From assembly GCA_020059745.1 (NCBI GenBank), contig JAGVBK010000002.1, forward strand, positions 104,301-168,300: a DNA stretch of 64,000 bases, given 5' to 3'. This document shows, one piece after another, positions 18,788 through 28,683 of the stretch; the first letter of the stretch is position 1, and the number at the start of each line of letters is the position of its first letter. A model generated the notes under the pieces. That model was not told where the DNA came from. It saw nothing but the letters and a program-made list of their open reading frames with translations, and made no database searches. This stretch comes from Candidatus Shapirobacteria bacterium (lineage in GTDB: Bacteria > Patescibacteriota > Microgenomatia > UM-FILTER-40-11). The position numbers and the translations under genes are program-made.

Positions 18788-19387
18788 TTAAATAGAAGTA
18801 ATCTCTTCTTCTTTTCTCTTGCTTAATTCCTCTACTCTTCCTGTATATTCATCGGTTATTTTTTGCAAATCGTCCTCTGCTTTAAATTTCTCGTCTTCCG
18901 AAATTTCCTTTTCTTCAAAAGCCGTTTTTATTTCTCTTATCTTGTCCTGTCTTATGTTTCTAATCGCAATTCTTGCATTTTCTGTTTTCTGACTTAAAAG
19001 TTTGACGTATTCCTGTCTTCGTTCCGAAGTTAAAGGCGGCACTGAAATTCTTATGATGTTGTTATCAATTACCGGAGTCAATCCGACATTGGCAGCCAGA
19101 ATTCCCTGCCTTATCTCTCCAATCACTGAAGCATCCCAAGGCTGGATAAGAAGTGTTTGCGGGTCTGAAGCAGTAATCATACCCAAAGCCTGAACAGTCA
19201 TTTTTTGGGTTCCGCCGTAAGCGTTTACGGAGATATTTTCAACCAAAGCCGGCACGGCCCTGCCTGTTCTTATGGCAGAAATTTCCGTTTTAAAGTGGTC
19301 AACGGTTTTCTGCATATCAGCTTTAGTGTCTGAAAAATCAACCGCCATAGATAGTTGAAGCGTATCACAAAAGAAGGTTTGCTTCAA
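18788..19387 (-). CDS. frr: ribosome recycling factor
   Basis: Full-length similarity to Frr (DVRxxxxGRAxPxLL..., C-terminal coiled coil). The real start is likely the internal MAVDF at about 19348. Confidence 0.85.
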   Translation of the reverse strand: MKQTFFCDTLQLSMAVDFSDTKADMQKTVDHFKTEISAIRTGRAVPALVENISVNAYGGTQKMTVQALGMITASDPQTLLIQPWDASVIGEIRQGILAANVGLTPVIDNNIIRISVPPLTSERRQEYVKLLSQKTENARIAIRNIRQDKIREIKTAFEEKEISEDEKFKAEDDLQKITDEYTGRVEELSKRKEEEITSI

Positions 19388-19395
19388 GGAATTTA

Positions 19396-19854
19396 TTAGG
19401 CACCAACTTCAAACCTGGCAATTTTGCCGATTTGGATATTTTCCCTGATTTTGCCAATTGCCTCGTTAACAAGGTCTTTAACTTTTTTTGAAGGATCTCT
19501 AATATAATCCTGTTCCAAAAGCTCTTCCTTGTCCTTGGGGCTCATAGCTGCCACCTGCATAGCAAGCTCATGGGCTAAGCTTTTAAATTCATCGTTTCTG
19601 GCCACAAAATCAGTTTCCGAAAGAAGTTCAACCACGCCCACCACTTTTCCCCCGGCATGAGAGTAAACTTCAATAATTCCGGCTTTTGTTTCCCTTTCTT
19701 TTTTTTCTTCGGCAATCTCCAAGCCCTTTTGTTTTATTGCCTCGTAGGCCTTTTCTTCATCGCCTTCAAATTCTTCCAAAGCACGACGGCATTCCATTAT
19801 CCCTGCTCCGCATTTTTCTCTTAATTTTTTAATCTGTTCTGCGGTTACTTTCAT
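19396..19854 (-). CDS. tsf: elongation factor Ts (short form)
   Basis: N-terminal UBA-like IKKLREKCGAGIMECRRAL. 152 aa short form. frr-tsf-rpsB synteny. Confidence 0.85.
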   Translation of the reverse strand: MKVTAEQIKKLREKCGAGIMECRRALEEFEGDEEKAYEAIKQKGLEIAEEKKERETKAGIIEVYSHAGGKVVGVVELLSETDFVARNDEFKSLAHELAMQVAAMSPKDKEELLEQDYIRDPSKKVKDLVNEAIGKIRENIQIGKIARFEVGA

Positions 19855-19862
19855 ATTTCTCC

Positions 19863-20687
19863 TTATGCTGCTTTGACAACTTCTTTAACGCTTTCTTTTT
19901 TTACTTTACTGACTTTTTTTCCCTCTTTTTCTTCTTTTTCCGGAGCTTTTTCTACTTTCTTAGTCTCTTTTTTCGGCTCTGCTTCTTTTTCGCTTTTTGT
20001 GACCTGATTTTTAATTCCCTCTTCAATGGCCTTTCTTATTGTGTCCACAATTAGCTGAAGAGATTTTGATGCGTCATCATTGGCAGGAATCACATAATCA
20101 ACATTACCCGGATCAACATTAGTATCGACAATAGCAACAGTAGTAACTCCCCTGCCTTTGGCTTCTTTTAAAGCACCGTCATCTTTTCTGGCGTCGGTAA
20201 CAAAGATTGCCTCGGGAATGCCTTTAAGACCGGAAATGCCGCCAAAACTTCTCTCCAGCTTAACAATCTCTTTGTCAATTAAAATTCTCTCCTTTTTTGT
20301 TCTGTTTTTGAATCTTTCCTCGGTTTTGCCGGCTTTTAAATCAGCCAAACGGTCAATCCTTTTTTTAATCTGGTCCCAGTTTGTAATAAGTCCGCCAACC
20401 CATCTTTCCGTGATGTATGGCATCCCTACTTTTTCCGCTGCTTCTTTAACAATATCCTGAGCTTGTCTTTTGGTGCCAACAAAAATAATTTTGCCCCCTT
20501 TCGAAGCGATTTCCCTTAACTTTTCTGCCGCCTCTTCAAGGCCTTTTTTGGTTTTTACCAAATCAAAGATATGAATACCGTCCCTGGCTGTATAAATGTA
20601 TTCCTTCATTTTTGGATGCCAACGAGTGGTCTGATGACCAAAATGACATCCGGCTTCTAAGAGTTCTTTTAGTGAAACTTCTTCCAT
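19863..20687 (-). CDS. rpsB: 30S ribosomal protein S2
   Basis: GCHFGHQTTRWHPKM signature. Lys/Glu-rich C-terminal extension. Confidence 0.9.
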   Translation of the reverse strand: MEEVSLKELLEAGCHFGHQTTRWHPKMKEYIYTARDGIHIFDLVKTKKGLEEAAEKLREIASKGGKIIFVGTKRQAQDIVKEAAEKVGMPYITERWVGGLITNWDQIKKRIDRLADLKAGKTEERFKNRTKKERILIDKEIVKLERSFGGISGLKGIPEAIFVTDARKDDGALKEAKGRGVTTVAIVDTNVDPGNVDYVIPANDDASKSLQLIVDTIRKAIEEGIKNQVTKSEKEAEPKKETKKVEKAPEKEEKEGKKVSKVKKESVKEVVKAA

Positions 20688-20813
20688 ACTTCCTTTCTTT
20701 ATTAGGACTTAGCTCCTTTATTCCTCCACTTGGTTGAAGCGTTCAAGGAGCCAAACCAAGTGTGTGTTTTTATTAATTTATAAAATTCATTTTACCAAGT
20801 TCCCGAAAGGTTT

Positions 20814-21245
20814 TCAACTTTTGTTCATTTGTAGAACTTTCAACCCGGTTTCCGGGTCATAAGCTTTACTCAAATTGGTTTCAAGCTTGGTAAAAAGTAT
20901 TTCTCCCACTCCGGAAACCCTGGCATTGACTAAATGGCCTCCAACCATTTCTCCGTTAGGGCGGCTAAAAGAAGCATGGGCGTGAACTATTAATTTTCCC
21001 TCTTCGTCGGGAAAAACATTGCCGACAATGGAAACACCTTCTAATGGCTCTTCTAACATAAAACTGGTGTATTTTTGGGTGTCAACTGAGTAATGAGCCA
21101 ATTCTGCCCGGTCAACCGCCCCAATTCCGTAAAAAAAACCGTTTTTAATACCTTCCTTTTGGCAAAACTCAAAAATCTGACCTATAATTTCCTCCCTTCT
21201 GGTAAGATATATGACATACTTTTTTCCGTCACTATGATATTTCAT
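20814..21245 (-). CDS. PPC (DUF296) domain DNA-binding protein
   Basis: 143 aa. GEILSLSG-like PPC core (VGGHLVNARVSGVGEILFTKL). Confidence 0.6.
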   Translation of the reverse strand: MKYHSDGKKYVIYLTRREEIIGQIFEFCQKEGIKNGFFYGIGAVDRAELAHYSVDTQKYTSFMLEEPLEGVSIVGNVFPDEEGKLIVHAHASFSRPNGEMVGGHLVNARVSGVGEILFTKLETNLSKAYDPETGLKVLQMNKS

Positions 21246-21299
21246 ATATATTCAAACTACCAGATTTTAAAACCAATCTCAAGGAATTAACTTACAAAA

Positions 21300-21770
21300 A
21301 TGACACCAGAAAATACGCCCCATAAGGAAAACGATCCTCTTCGGGGGAAAAGGGTTTTAATTGTTGACGATGATATCTGTAATGTTTTTTGCTTCGAAGA
21401 AACTCTAAAGCATCTAAGCAACCGCAACAACTTAAACCTGACCATTTTTACTGCCCATTCAGGAAAAGAAGCATTAAAATTACTAGAATCAGGAGAAACA
21501 ATTGACCTTCTTGTCACCGACTGCAACATGGGCGAAAAATCCGGCCCTCGGCTTATTGGCGACATTAAGGCATTGTCTTTAAAAAAAGGCTTTGAATATC
21601 TTGCCTCAATGGCAATCATTATGGCAAGTGCCAGATTTTATGCAGACAGCGCTGAAAAACAGGCGCAAGAATACGGAGCTGATACAGGTTTTGCCAAACC
21701 GGTAAATCCCAAAATAGTGTTTGAAAAAGCAAGAGAAATTTTCAGAAGCCGTCTACAGAAGGCAACTTAA
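21300..21770 (+). CDS. response regulator receiver domain protein
   Basis: RVLIVDDD...LVTDCNM phospho-acceptor Asp context. Stand-alone REC domain. Confidence 0.7.
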   Translation: MTPENTPHKENDPLRGKRVLIVDDDICNVFCFEETLKHLSNRNNLNLTIFTAHSGKEALKLLESGETIDLLVTDCNMGEKSGPRLIGDIKALSLKKGFEYLASMAIIMASARFYADSAEKQAQEYGADTGFAKPVNPKIVFEKAREIFRSRLQKAT

Positions 21771-22506
21771 TAGTGACCCTTGTTCCCGAAGCTTCCTCGC
21801 CTAAATCTTTTCTGTTCCCTATCTCGATACTTCCTCCATGAGCTAAAACTACAGTTTTGGCAACAAAAAGACCGGTAGAAAGAACCTGAAGCCCGCCGTT
21901 TACTGTTTTGGTTGAGAACTTTAATCCAAACATGTCTTCTTTTGGCAATTTAACTCCCTCACCGTTATCAGTAATTTCCACAACAGTTTTTCCCTCTTCT
22001 TCTCTAACGCCCACTTCAACTTGAGAAGCACCTGCTTCTAAGCTGTTGGTAAAAAGACAGGCCAGAGCGTAAGAAAACTTTCTTTTGTCAGCCAAAAGCC
22101 TTTTTTCCCCCGAAAACTCAATCTTAAGCGAATCTTCCCCTTCCGGCATAAATTTCCCGGCAGCCTTGATAAGCTCATCTGTTTTCCCTCTCGAAAAGCT
22201 GTAATTATCAATCTGGCAAGCGTCATTAAGCTCTTTTAACTTTTTCATTATCCTGGTTATATCCTTGGCACTTTCAAGAGACAGCCTAAAATCTTTTTTT
22301 ACCTGATTTTCAGGAAGTTCTATCATGCCAAATTCCAGATAACCCTGAACTGTAACCATCTTGTTATTAATAAGATGAAGCAGTCCTGCTGAAAGCTGTT
22401 CTGCTGTCTCTACCGGACCGGTTGGAGAAAACCAGGCTTCGCCCTCGGGAGTAAGCTTGGGCATTTCTTTAACTAAGGTTTCTTTTCCAAATTGTTCTTC
22501 CATCAA
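21742..22506 (-). CDS. sensor histidine kinase (cytoplasmic)
   Basis: H-box-like LHLINNKM, HATPase_c motifs (NSLEAG, ITDNGEGV, GGxGLGL-like). No TM. Confidence 0.65.
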   Translation of the reverse strand: MMEEQFGKETLVKEMPKLTPEGEAWFSPTGPVETAEQLSAGLLHLINNKMVTVQGYLEFGMIELPENQVKKDFRLSLESAKDITRIMKKLKELNDACQIDNYSFSRGKTDELIKAAGKFMPEGEDSLKIEFSGEKRLLADKRKFSYALACLFTNSLEAGASQVEVGVREEEGKTVVEITDNGEGVKLPKEDMFGLKFSTKTVNGGLQVLSTGLFVAKTVVLAHGGSIEIGNRKDLGEEASGTRVTIKLPSVDGF

Positions 22507-22522
22507 AAAAATTAAAACCTAA

Positions 22523-23389
22523 TTACAAGCATTTTTCAAGTAGATTTGCAAAAAGAGAGGCCACGGTCACTGGTCCGATGCCTCCGGGAACCGGGGTAAT
22601 AAAGCTTGCTTTTTCTTTTACTGACTCAAAATCAAGATCTCCTTTGGGCTCGCCTTTTTCAACTATCATTACCCCAAGATCAAAAGCTTTTACCCCGTTT
22701 TTTAAATAGTCACCCATTATTATCCCCGGGCTGCCGGTACAGGAAATAACCGTGTCAGCCTTTCTCAAGTCTTGTAGTTTTTCTTCTGTGCCTAGATCAA
22801 TTTCCAAAACTTCAGCCCCATTGTTTTTTAAAACCAAAGCCATCCTCTTACCCACCCAGCCCTTAGCACCAACAACAGCAAAAACCCCCTCGGTTGGCTT
22901 TATTTTATAGGTATCCATTACCTCAAGAACCGCCCTGGTTACCGCAGGCATAAACAGCGCTTTGTTTTCTTTGAGTAAGTCAAATGAGGCTGTAGTTAAA
23001 CCGTCAATGTCTTTTTTAAGAGCAATTGCGTCAAGAATCTCCTGGGTACCTTCTTTTAAACCTTCAGGTAAAGGAAGCTGAACTGTTATTCCGTCAATAA
23101 AAGCGTCTTCTGAAAACTTGGTTATTTTCTTTTTTATTTCCTCTTTTGTTTTGTTTTCTACTATCCTTTTAATTAAGACTTCTACGGAAAGCTCTTGGGC
23201 AAGCTTTTGTTTTTGTTTTACATAAAGCTCTGAAGAAGGGTTTTTGCCAACAAGAACAAAGGCAACTTTTGGCTTGCGCCGGTGCTCCGTTTGCCAGCGT
23301 TCGGATAAATCTTTAAGCTTTATTTTTTGCTCTTTAGTAAATTTTCTGCCGTCAAAAACTATCATTCTGGAATCGGAAATCTCTCGCAT
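22523..23389 (-). CDS. folD: bifunctional methylenetetrahydrofolate dehydrogenase/cyclohydrolase
   Basis: VLVGxNPxSxxYVxxK, VVGAxGxVGKxMA and TPVPGGIGPVTVA motifs. Confidence 0.85.
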   Translation of the reverse strand: MREISDSRMIVFDGRKFTKEQKIKLKDLSERWQTEHRRKPKVAFVLVGKNPSSELYVKQKQKLAQELSVEVLIKRIVENKTKEEIKKKITKFSEDAFIDGITVQLPLPEGLKEGTQEILDAIALKKDIDGLTTASFDLLKENKALFMPAVTRAVLEVMDTYKIKPTEGVFAVVGAKGWVGKRMALVLKNNGAEVLEIDLGTEEKLQDLRKADTVISCTGSPGIIMGDYLKNGVKAFDLGVMIVEKGEPKGDLDFESVKEKASFITPVPGGIGPVTVASLFANLLEKCL

Positions 23390-24585
23390 AAAGTTTCAAC
23401 TTCTTTTAAAACATTCTTTTTCCCCTTTAAAACCAAGTTAATTAAGCCGGCAATTTCTTTCATTTCTTCTTCTTTCATCCCCCTTACTGTTACTGCCGGA
23501 GTTCCCAGCCTTATCCCTGAAGGCCGAAAAGGAGGATTAGGGTCATTGGGAATAGTGTTGGCGTTTAAGATAATACCCGACTCTTCCAGCAAAACCGCTG
23601 CTTTTTTACCGTCAATCCCGATATTTCTTAAATCCAAAACCATTAAGTGGTTGTCTGTTCCTCCGGTTACCAAATCAAAATCCAAGCTTTTAAGCTCTTC
23701 TGCTAAAACAGCTGCGTTTTTAACCACCTGCCTTGCATAATCTCTAAAAGAGTTACTCCCTGCTTTTTTAAGAGCAATGGCAATCCCGGCAATACTGTGA
23801 AGGTGCGGCCCGCCCTGCAATCCCGGGAAAACCGCTTTGTTTATCTTTTCTCCTAAATCTTTATCCTTTTTTAAGCCTTTGTCAGTCACAAGAATTATGG
23901 CTCCCCTCGGACCCCTTAAGGTCTTGTGTGTGGTTGAGGTAATAATATGGGCATATGGAGCCGGTGAAGGATGAACCCCCCCCACTACCAATCCGGCAAT
24001 GTGGGAAATATCGGCCATTAAATATGCTCCAACTTCGTCAGCGATTTGGGCGAATTTCTCCCAATTTAAAGTCCTCGGAAAAGCGGTTGTTCCCACCACA
24101 ATAATCTTTGGCTTCTCTTTAAGGGCAAGTTCTCTTATTTTCTCAAAGTCAAAATATTTTTCTTTTTCCGGATCAAGGCCGTACCTTATGCTTTCAAAAT
24201 ACTTACCGGAAAAAGTAATTTTCGGGTGGCCGTGAGTCAGGTGCCCGCCGCTTGAAAGCTCAAGCCCCATAATGCCGTCGCCCGGGTTAAGCAAAGCAAA
24301 GTAAACCGCCGCATTGGCAGGAGAGCCAGAGTATGGCTGAACATTGGCAAAAGGAACCCCAAAAAGCTTTTTTGCCTCCTCTACGGCTAGGGTTTCCACC
24401 TGATCGGCAAACTCATTTCCCTGGTAATAGCGCTTGCCGGGGTAGCCCTCTGCGTATTTGTGTACTAAAAAGGAACCCAAAGCGCTTCTTACCTCGGAGT
24501 AAGTGTAGTTCTCCGAGGGAATAAGCATGAGGGTTCGGGCTTGCCGCTCCTCCTCCTTTTTAATAAGCTCAAAAACTTCTTCCAC
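23362..24585 (-). CDS. glyA: serine hydroxymethyltransferase
   Basis: LIPSENYTS..., TTTHKTLRGPRG (PLP-Lys), VTGGTDNHL motifs. Confidence 0.9.
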   Translation of the reverse strand: MEEVFELIKKEEERQARTLMLIPSENYTYSEVRSALGSFLVHKYAEGYPGKRYYQGNEFADQVETLAVEEAKKLFGVPFANVQPYSGSPANAAVYFALLNPGDGIMGLELSSGGHLTHGHPKITFSGKYFESIRYGLDPEKEKYFDFEKIRELALKEKPKIIVVGTTAFPRTLNWEKFAQIADEVGAYLMADISHIAGLVVGGVHPSPAPYAHIITSTTHKTLRGPRGAIILVTDKGLKKDKDLGEKINKAVFPGLQGGPHLHSIAGIAIALKKAGSNSFRDYARQVVKNAAVLAEELKSLDFDLVTGGTDNHLMVLDLRNIGIDGKKAAVLLEESGIILNANTIPNDPNPPFRPSGIRLGTPAVTVRGMKEEEMKEIAGLINLVLKGKKNVLKEVETLCERFPIPE

Positions 24586-24595
24586 AGCCTCTATT

Positions 24596-25336
24596 TTACT
24601 CTCTCTCCCTACGAATTGAAACCCGAGGGTTAAGTTCTGCCTGCATTTCCCATATCAATTCCCTTTTTCCTTCAATTAACGGTCCAGTCTTCTCCCATAT
24701 TAATTCAGCTTGAGTTTCAATCGGCAGGGAGCCGTCAATCATAAAAATTCTGTCTTTAAACATGCAAGCAAAAAACAAATATCCATCTCTCACTCTTTTG
24801 TAATATTCAAGGCCATGCGAATCATAAACATTGTCTCTTTGCTCCCTTAACGCCACTCTTTGCGCTGACAACTCCGGAGAAATATCAGGGACAATAATTA
24901 AATCAGGACAAACCCCATCCAAACCTTTTTCATTCTCCTTCCAAACATTTTGCCATCCCAAATCCAAACCAAACCCCTGATAACAAAGACTGGAAAGAAC
25001 ACTGCGGTCAGAGACGACAATGGCTCCTCTTTCCAAAGCAGGCTTAATAAGGGTAGCAATTGTCTGCTCTCTTGAGGCGGCAAAAAGTTTGACCTCAACT
25101 CCGGGAAGCAGCTTTTCTCCGGTTTTTGACTGGGTAACAATCACCTCCCTTATCTGGCCGCTCTTTTCCGTTCCTCCAGGTTCTTTAGTAACTACCAGCT
25201 CTCTTCCCCGATATTCCCTTTTTATTCTTTCCCCCAAAAGCCGTGTTTGGGTTGATTTGCCGCAACCGCGGATTCCTTCCAGGGCAATATATACTCCGGG
25301 CAGACTGTTTCCAAGATAATGATTATTTCCGTTCAT
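24596..25336 (-). CDS. tmk: thymidylate kinase
   Basis: P-loop EGIRGCGKSTQ, TKEPGGT, DRSVLSSLCYQG (DRY-like) motifs. Confidence 0.8.
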   Translation of the reverse strand: MNGNNHYLGNSLPGVYIALEGIRGCGKSTQTRLLGERIKREYRGRELVVTKEPGGTEKSGQIREVIVTQSKTGEKLLPGVEVKLFAASREQTIATLIKPALERGAIVVSDRSVLSSLCYQGFGLDLGWQNVWKENEKGLDGVCPDLIIVPDISPELSAQRVALREQRDNVYDSHGLEYYKRVRDGYLFFACMFKDRIFMIDGSLPIETQAELIWEKTGPLIEGKRELIWEMQAELNPRVSIRRERE

Positions 25337-25339
25337 TTT

Positions 25340-26251
25340 TTATTTCATTCCAAATATTAAATGGTCATGTGGGTAAATCTCGTCATTCGCGTGAGCCACT
25401 ATCCCATCCTTAACCGGATTACCGCAACTTCTTTTCCCCTCCAAACATTTATCTCTGGAGCACTCCGGCCCTGCAGACTCAAAAATGGAAGGAGCTTCTT
25501 TGTAAGCCAAAAGAACCATTTGAGTTGCTACCATATCAAACTCCCATTGGGCTAGAGCGCAAGTTCTCTTGGAAGCAAATTCCAAAAGGGCTCTTGGATT
25601 CATCGAAACGGTAACGTTTGTAGCCGCGGCATTCGGCAAAAACATGCGCGCATCCTCTTCGGCATGGCCTTCTTTTATTGCTTTTATGTAAAACCTTAAG
25701 TCTCCCTTTATTTTGTCGACATAGTCTCTAAAATCAGACTCTGAATACCTGAAAGACGGAGGAACAACAAAGTTAAAAAACGGTCTTTTCAGCTTTTCGG
25801 CTACCGGGTTAGTATATCTTTGGCTTTGTTGAGAATAGGAGGCGTGACGATGGCGCACTAGCTGATGACTACAGGCACGGGAAATTCCTTCAATACTAAA
25901 TGTAAAAATTCCATGCTCCGCCACTGAATAATGTCTTGACGGTATTATCCTCTCTCCTAAAAATTCCCTGCTTTGATCGGTCGTAAGATTAGGGTAAACT
26001 TCAGAGGCCGGGAAACGGCTATAACAGCTTTTTCCGGCAGCTGCCATAACATTTTCCATGTTTGGCGAACTGGCAATCAACACAACACGGCCAGTTGTGG
26101 GAACTAACTGGATTTCCCTGTTGTCAATTTCTAAAACAAGAGCTTCCTCTTCAATATTAAATCTAACCACATCCATCTGGGGATTTCTGGCTTTCACCTC
26201 CAAATTTCCGTCGGAATTAAAGGAATAAGTTCTGGGCAATTCTTTGCGCAT
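25340..26251 (-). CDS. thyX: flavin-dependent thymidylate synthase
   Basis: ThyX signature RHRHASYSQQSQRY (RHRxxxxxS). Confidence 0.8.
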   Translation of the reverse strand: MRKELPRTYSFNSDGNLEVKARNPQMDVVRFNIEEEALVLEIDNREIQLVPTTGRVVLIASSPNMENVMAAAGKSCYSRFPASEVYPNLTTDQSREFLGERIIPSRHYSVAEHGIFTFSIEGISRACSHQLVRHRHASYSQQSQRYTNPVAEKLKRPFFNFVVPPSFRYSESDFRDYVDKIKGDLRFYIKAIKEGHAEEDARMFLPNAAATNVTVSMNPRALLEFASKRTCALAQWEFDMVATQMVLLAYKEAPSIFESAGPECSRDKCLEGKRSCGNPVKDGIVAHANDEIYPHDHLIFGMK

Positions 26252-26293
26252 ATTAAACTCCCTGGGCAGGGATATAAAATTAATAACTGAAGT

Positions 26294-26716
26294 TTACCTT
26301 CCAGTGCTGCCAAAACCGCCTGTCCCTCTTTCGGTTTCGGAAAGATTATCTGCCTCTTCTATCTCGGCTTGTTCGATTTTTTGCAATAAAGCCTGGCATA
26401 CTTTGTCGCCTTTTTTAAAGCTTTTTACCTCTTCCCCGTGGTTTATAAGCGCCACAATCCACTCTCCTCGATAGCCATTGTCAATTACCCCCGCCAAAAG
26501 ATCTATTCCACTTTTAACCGCCAGTCCGCTCTTGGGAGCAAACCTAATAAAATAGCCGGGGGGCAACTCAGAGGCAATACCGGTCAAAAATCCATGTCTT
26601 TCTCCTGGTTTTAAGTCATAATCCTCCAGAGTATAAACATCCATAGCCGCATCTCCAGGCAATGCATAAGCAGGAAGTATTGCTTCTTTGTTTATTTTTT
26701 TAAATCTTATTAACAT
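26294..26716 (-). CDS. dut: dUTP diphosphatase
   Basis: dUTPase motifs AMDVYT, RFAPKSGLA, GVIDNGYRGE, ETERGTGGFGSTG. Confidence 0.85.
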   Translation of the reverse strand: MLIRFKKINKEAILPAYALPGDAAMDVYTLEDYDLKPGERHGFLTGIASELPPGYFIRFAPKSGLAVKSGIDLLAGVIDNGYRGEWIVALINHGEEVKSFKKGDKVCQALLQKIEQAEIEEADNLSETERGTGGFGSTGR

Positions 26717-26730
26717 ATTTCTCCCTTCTT

Positions 26731-28572
26731 TTAAATCCTCTGATTGGAGAATTGGCTTTGAACTTCTCCTTTTCCTTCTTCTTTTTTTTCTTTGGATATT
26801 TCAAAGGTTTTTCTTTCCGCAAATTCCCGTGCTTTTCCTTGATTCCAGCGTTTAACCGGTCTTAGGTAACCCACTATTCTTGAATAAACCTCGGTTTCTT
26901 TGCCGCATTTTGGACATATTTCAACCGCTCCTTTTAATCTGCCACAGCTTGAACAAACCGAAAAGGTCGGGGTAATAGTAAAGTAAGGAATCCTTGTTGT
27001 TTCCGCAATCTTTTTAACCAAAGCTTTAGCCGAGCGCCAATCATCCATTTCTTCACCTAAAAAGGTATGGAAAATAGTGCCGCCTGTATAAATGGACTGA
27101 AGCTCATCCTGAAGGCCTAAAGCTTCCCAGAGGTCATTGGTATAATCAACCGGAAGCTGGGTTGAGTTTGTCAGATAAGGATTTTGCTTTGTGCCGGCAG
27201 TTTTTATTCCCGGACAATATTTTTGGTCTAGAATGGCAAAACGATACGAAGTTGATTCAGCCGGAGTAGCCTCAAGGTTATACAGGTGTTTTGTTTCTTT
27301 TTGGAACTTAACCAGCTCATCTTTAATAAAGTTTAAGGTTTCGACCATCAACTTCTGCCCTTCTTTCGTGGTTAAAGACTTGCCAATAAGATTAAGGCAG
27401 GCTTCATTTCCGCCGCAAACGCCAATCGTAGAAAAATGATTTCTTACTGTTCCCAGATAATGCTTAGAGTACGGCATTAACCCTTCTTTCATGCTTTTTT
27501 CAACAATTCTCCTTTTTACTTCCAAGGCTTCCTTGGCAATTTCGAGATATTTTCTAATAAGTTTTTTAAATTCTTTTTGCTCACCCTTGGCCTCATAGGC
27601 TAGCCTATTTAGGTTAATTGTTACCACTCCTACCGAGCCGGTTGAATCTCCTTTAGCCCAAAGATTACCAGGCTGCTTAATAAGCTGGTTTAGGTCCATA
27701 TTAAGCCGGCAGCACATAGCCCTGATTGAACCCGGATCTAAGTTGCTGCCCAAATAGTTTTGGAAATAAGGCAACCCGTATTTGGCAGTTACTTTAAATA
27801 AAAGTTCCTGGTTTTCGCCGTTGGTTTCGAAAAATTCCTTGGTAATGTTGTAGGTGGGAATCGGAAAAGTAAACGGCCGGCCGTTTTTATCACCTTTAAG
27901 CATTACTTGCAAAAAAGCTTTGTTTATCATGTCAGCTTCTTTTTGAAACTGCTTGTATTTCTCTTTTCTTGGCTTGCCGCCGACAACTACATTTTGCTCA
28001 GCCAGGTCTTTTGAGATAATCCAGTCAAAAGTCAGGTTTGAAAAAGGCATCTCAAAACCCCATCTTGAAGGCAGGTTAAGAGAATAAACCAGCTTTTGAA
28101 TTTCCTGATAAACTTGACCATAACTTAGATTATCGTAATGTATAAAAGGGGCAAGCAGTGTATCAAAAGAAGAAAAAGCCTGAGCTCCAGCCCATTCCTG
28201 GTACATGATTTTAATAAAATAAACCACATGCTGGACTGCGGTGGCAAAGTGATGAGCAGGCTTGGTTTCTACCTGGCCTGCTACTCCGCCAAACCCGTCC
28301 ATCAGTAACTTCTGAAGCGACCAGCCGGCACAATAACCAACCAGCGAGTGAGCCAGATCGTGAATATGGATTTCTCCCCTGTCGTGGGCTTTTCTGGCTT
28401 TTGCAGAGTAAAGATTAAACAAAGCATACTTGCCTAAAACTGAAGCTGAAGTATGGGAAATTAAACCTGAAAGTGAATAGTTGGAATTGGAAGTTGCCTT
28501 TGCTTTCCAACCGTCCTGTTTAATATATTCGTCCACTAAAGAGGTAAAATCAAGCATCCCTTTCCTGGCCAT
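26731..28572 (-). CDS. nrdD: anaerobic ribonucleoside-triphosphate reductase (class III)
   Basis: 613 aa. C-terminal Zn ribbon CxxC...CPKCG and glycyl-radical motif RIVGY. No adjacent nrdG in the window. Confidence 0.85.
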   Translation of the reverse strand: MARKGMLDFTSLVDEYIKQDGWKAKATSNSNYSLSGLISHTSASVLGKYALFNLYSAKARKAHDRGEIHIHDLAHSLVGYCAGWSLQKLLMDGFGGVAGQVETKPAHHFATAVQHVVYFIKIMYQEWAGAQAFSSFDTLLAPFIHYDNLSYGQVYQEIQKLVYSLNLPSRWGFEMPFSNLTFDWIISKDLAEQNVVVGGKPRKEKYKQFQKEADMINKAFLQVMLKGDKNGRPFTFPIPTYNITKEFFETNGENQELLFKVTAKYGLPYFQNYLGSNLDPGSIRAMCCRLNMDLNQLIKQPGNLWAKGDSTGSVGVVTINLNRLAYEAKGEQKEFKKLIRKYLEIAKEALEVKRRIVEKSMKEGLMPYSKHYLGTVRNHFSTIGVCGGNEACLNLIGKSLTTKEGQKLMVETLNFIKDELVKFQKETKHLYNLEATPAESTSYRFAILDQKYCPGIKTAGTKQNPYLTNSTQLPVDYTNDLWEALGLQDELQSIYTGGTIFHTFLGEEMDDWRSAKALVKKIAETTRIPYFTITPTFSVCSSCGRLKGAVEICPKCGKETEVYSRIVGYLRPVKRWNQGKAREFAERKTFEISKEKKEEGKGEVQSQFSNQRI

Positions 28573-28683
28573 GGTGAAAATAATTTATGATAAAAATCGC
28601 CTTTTGTAAAGATAGCAATTTAGGCCTTTAAATGGGGAAACTTTTTTTCAAAGAAAAAAATTGAGGCTGTTTTTTCAAAGAAA

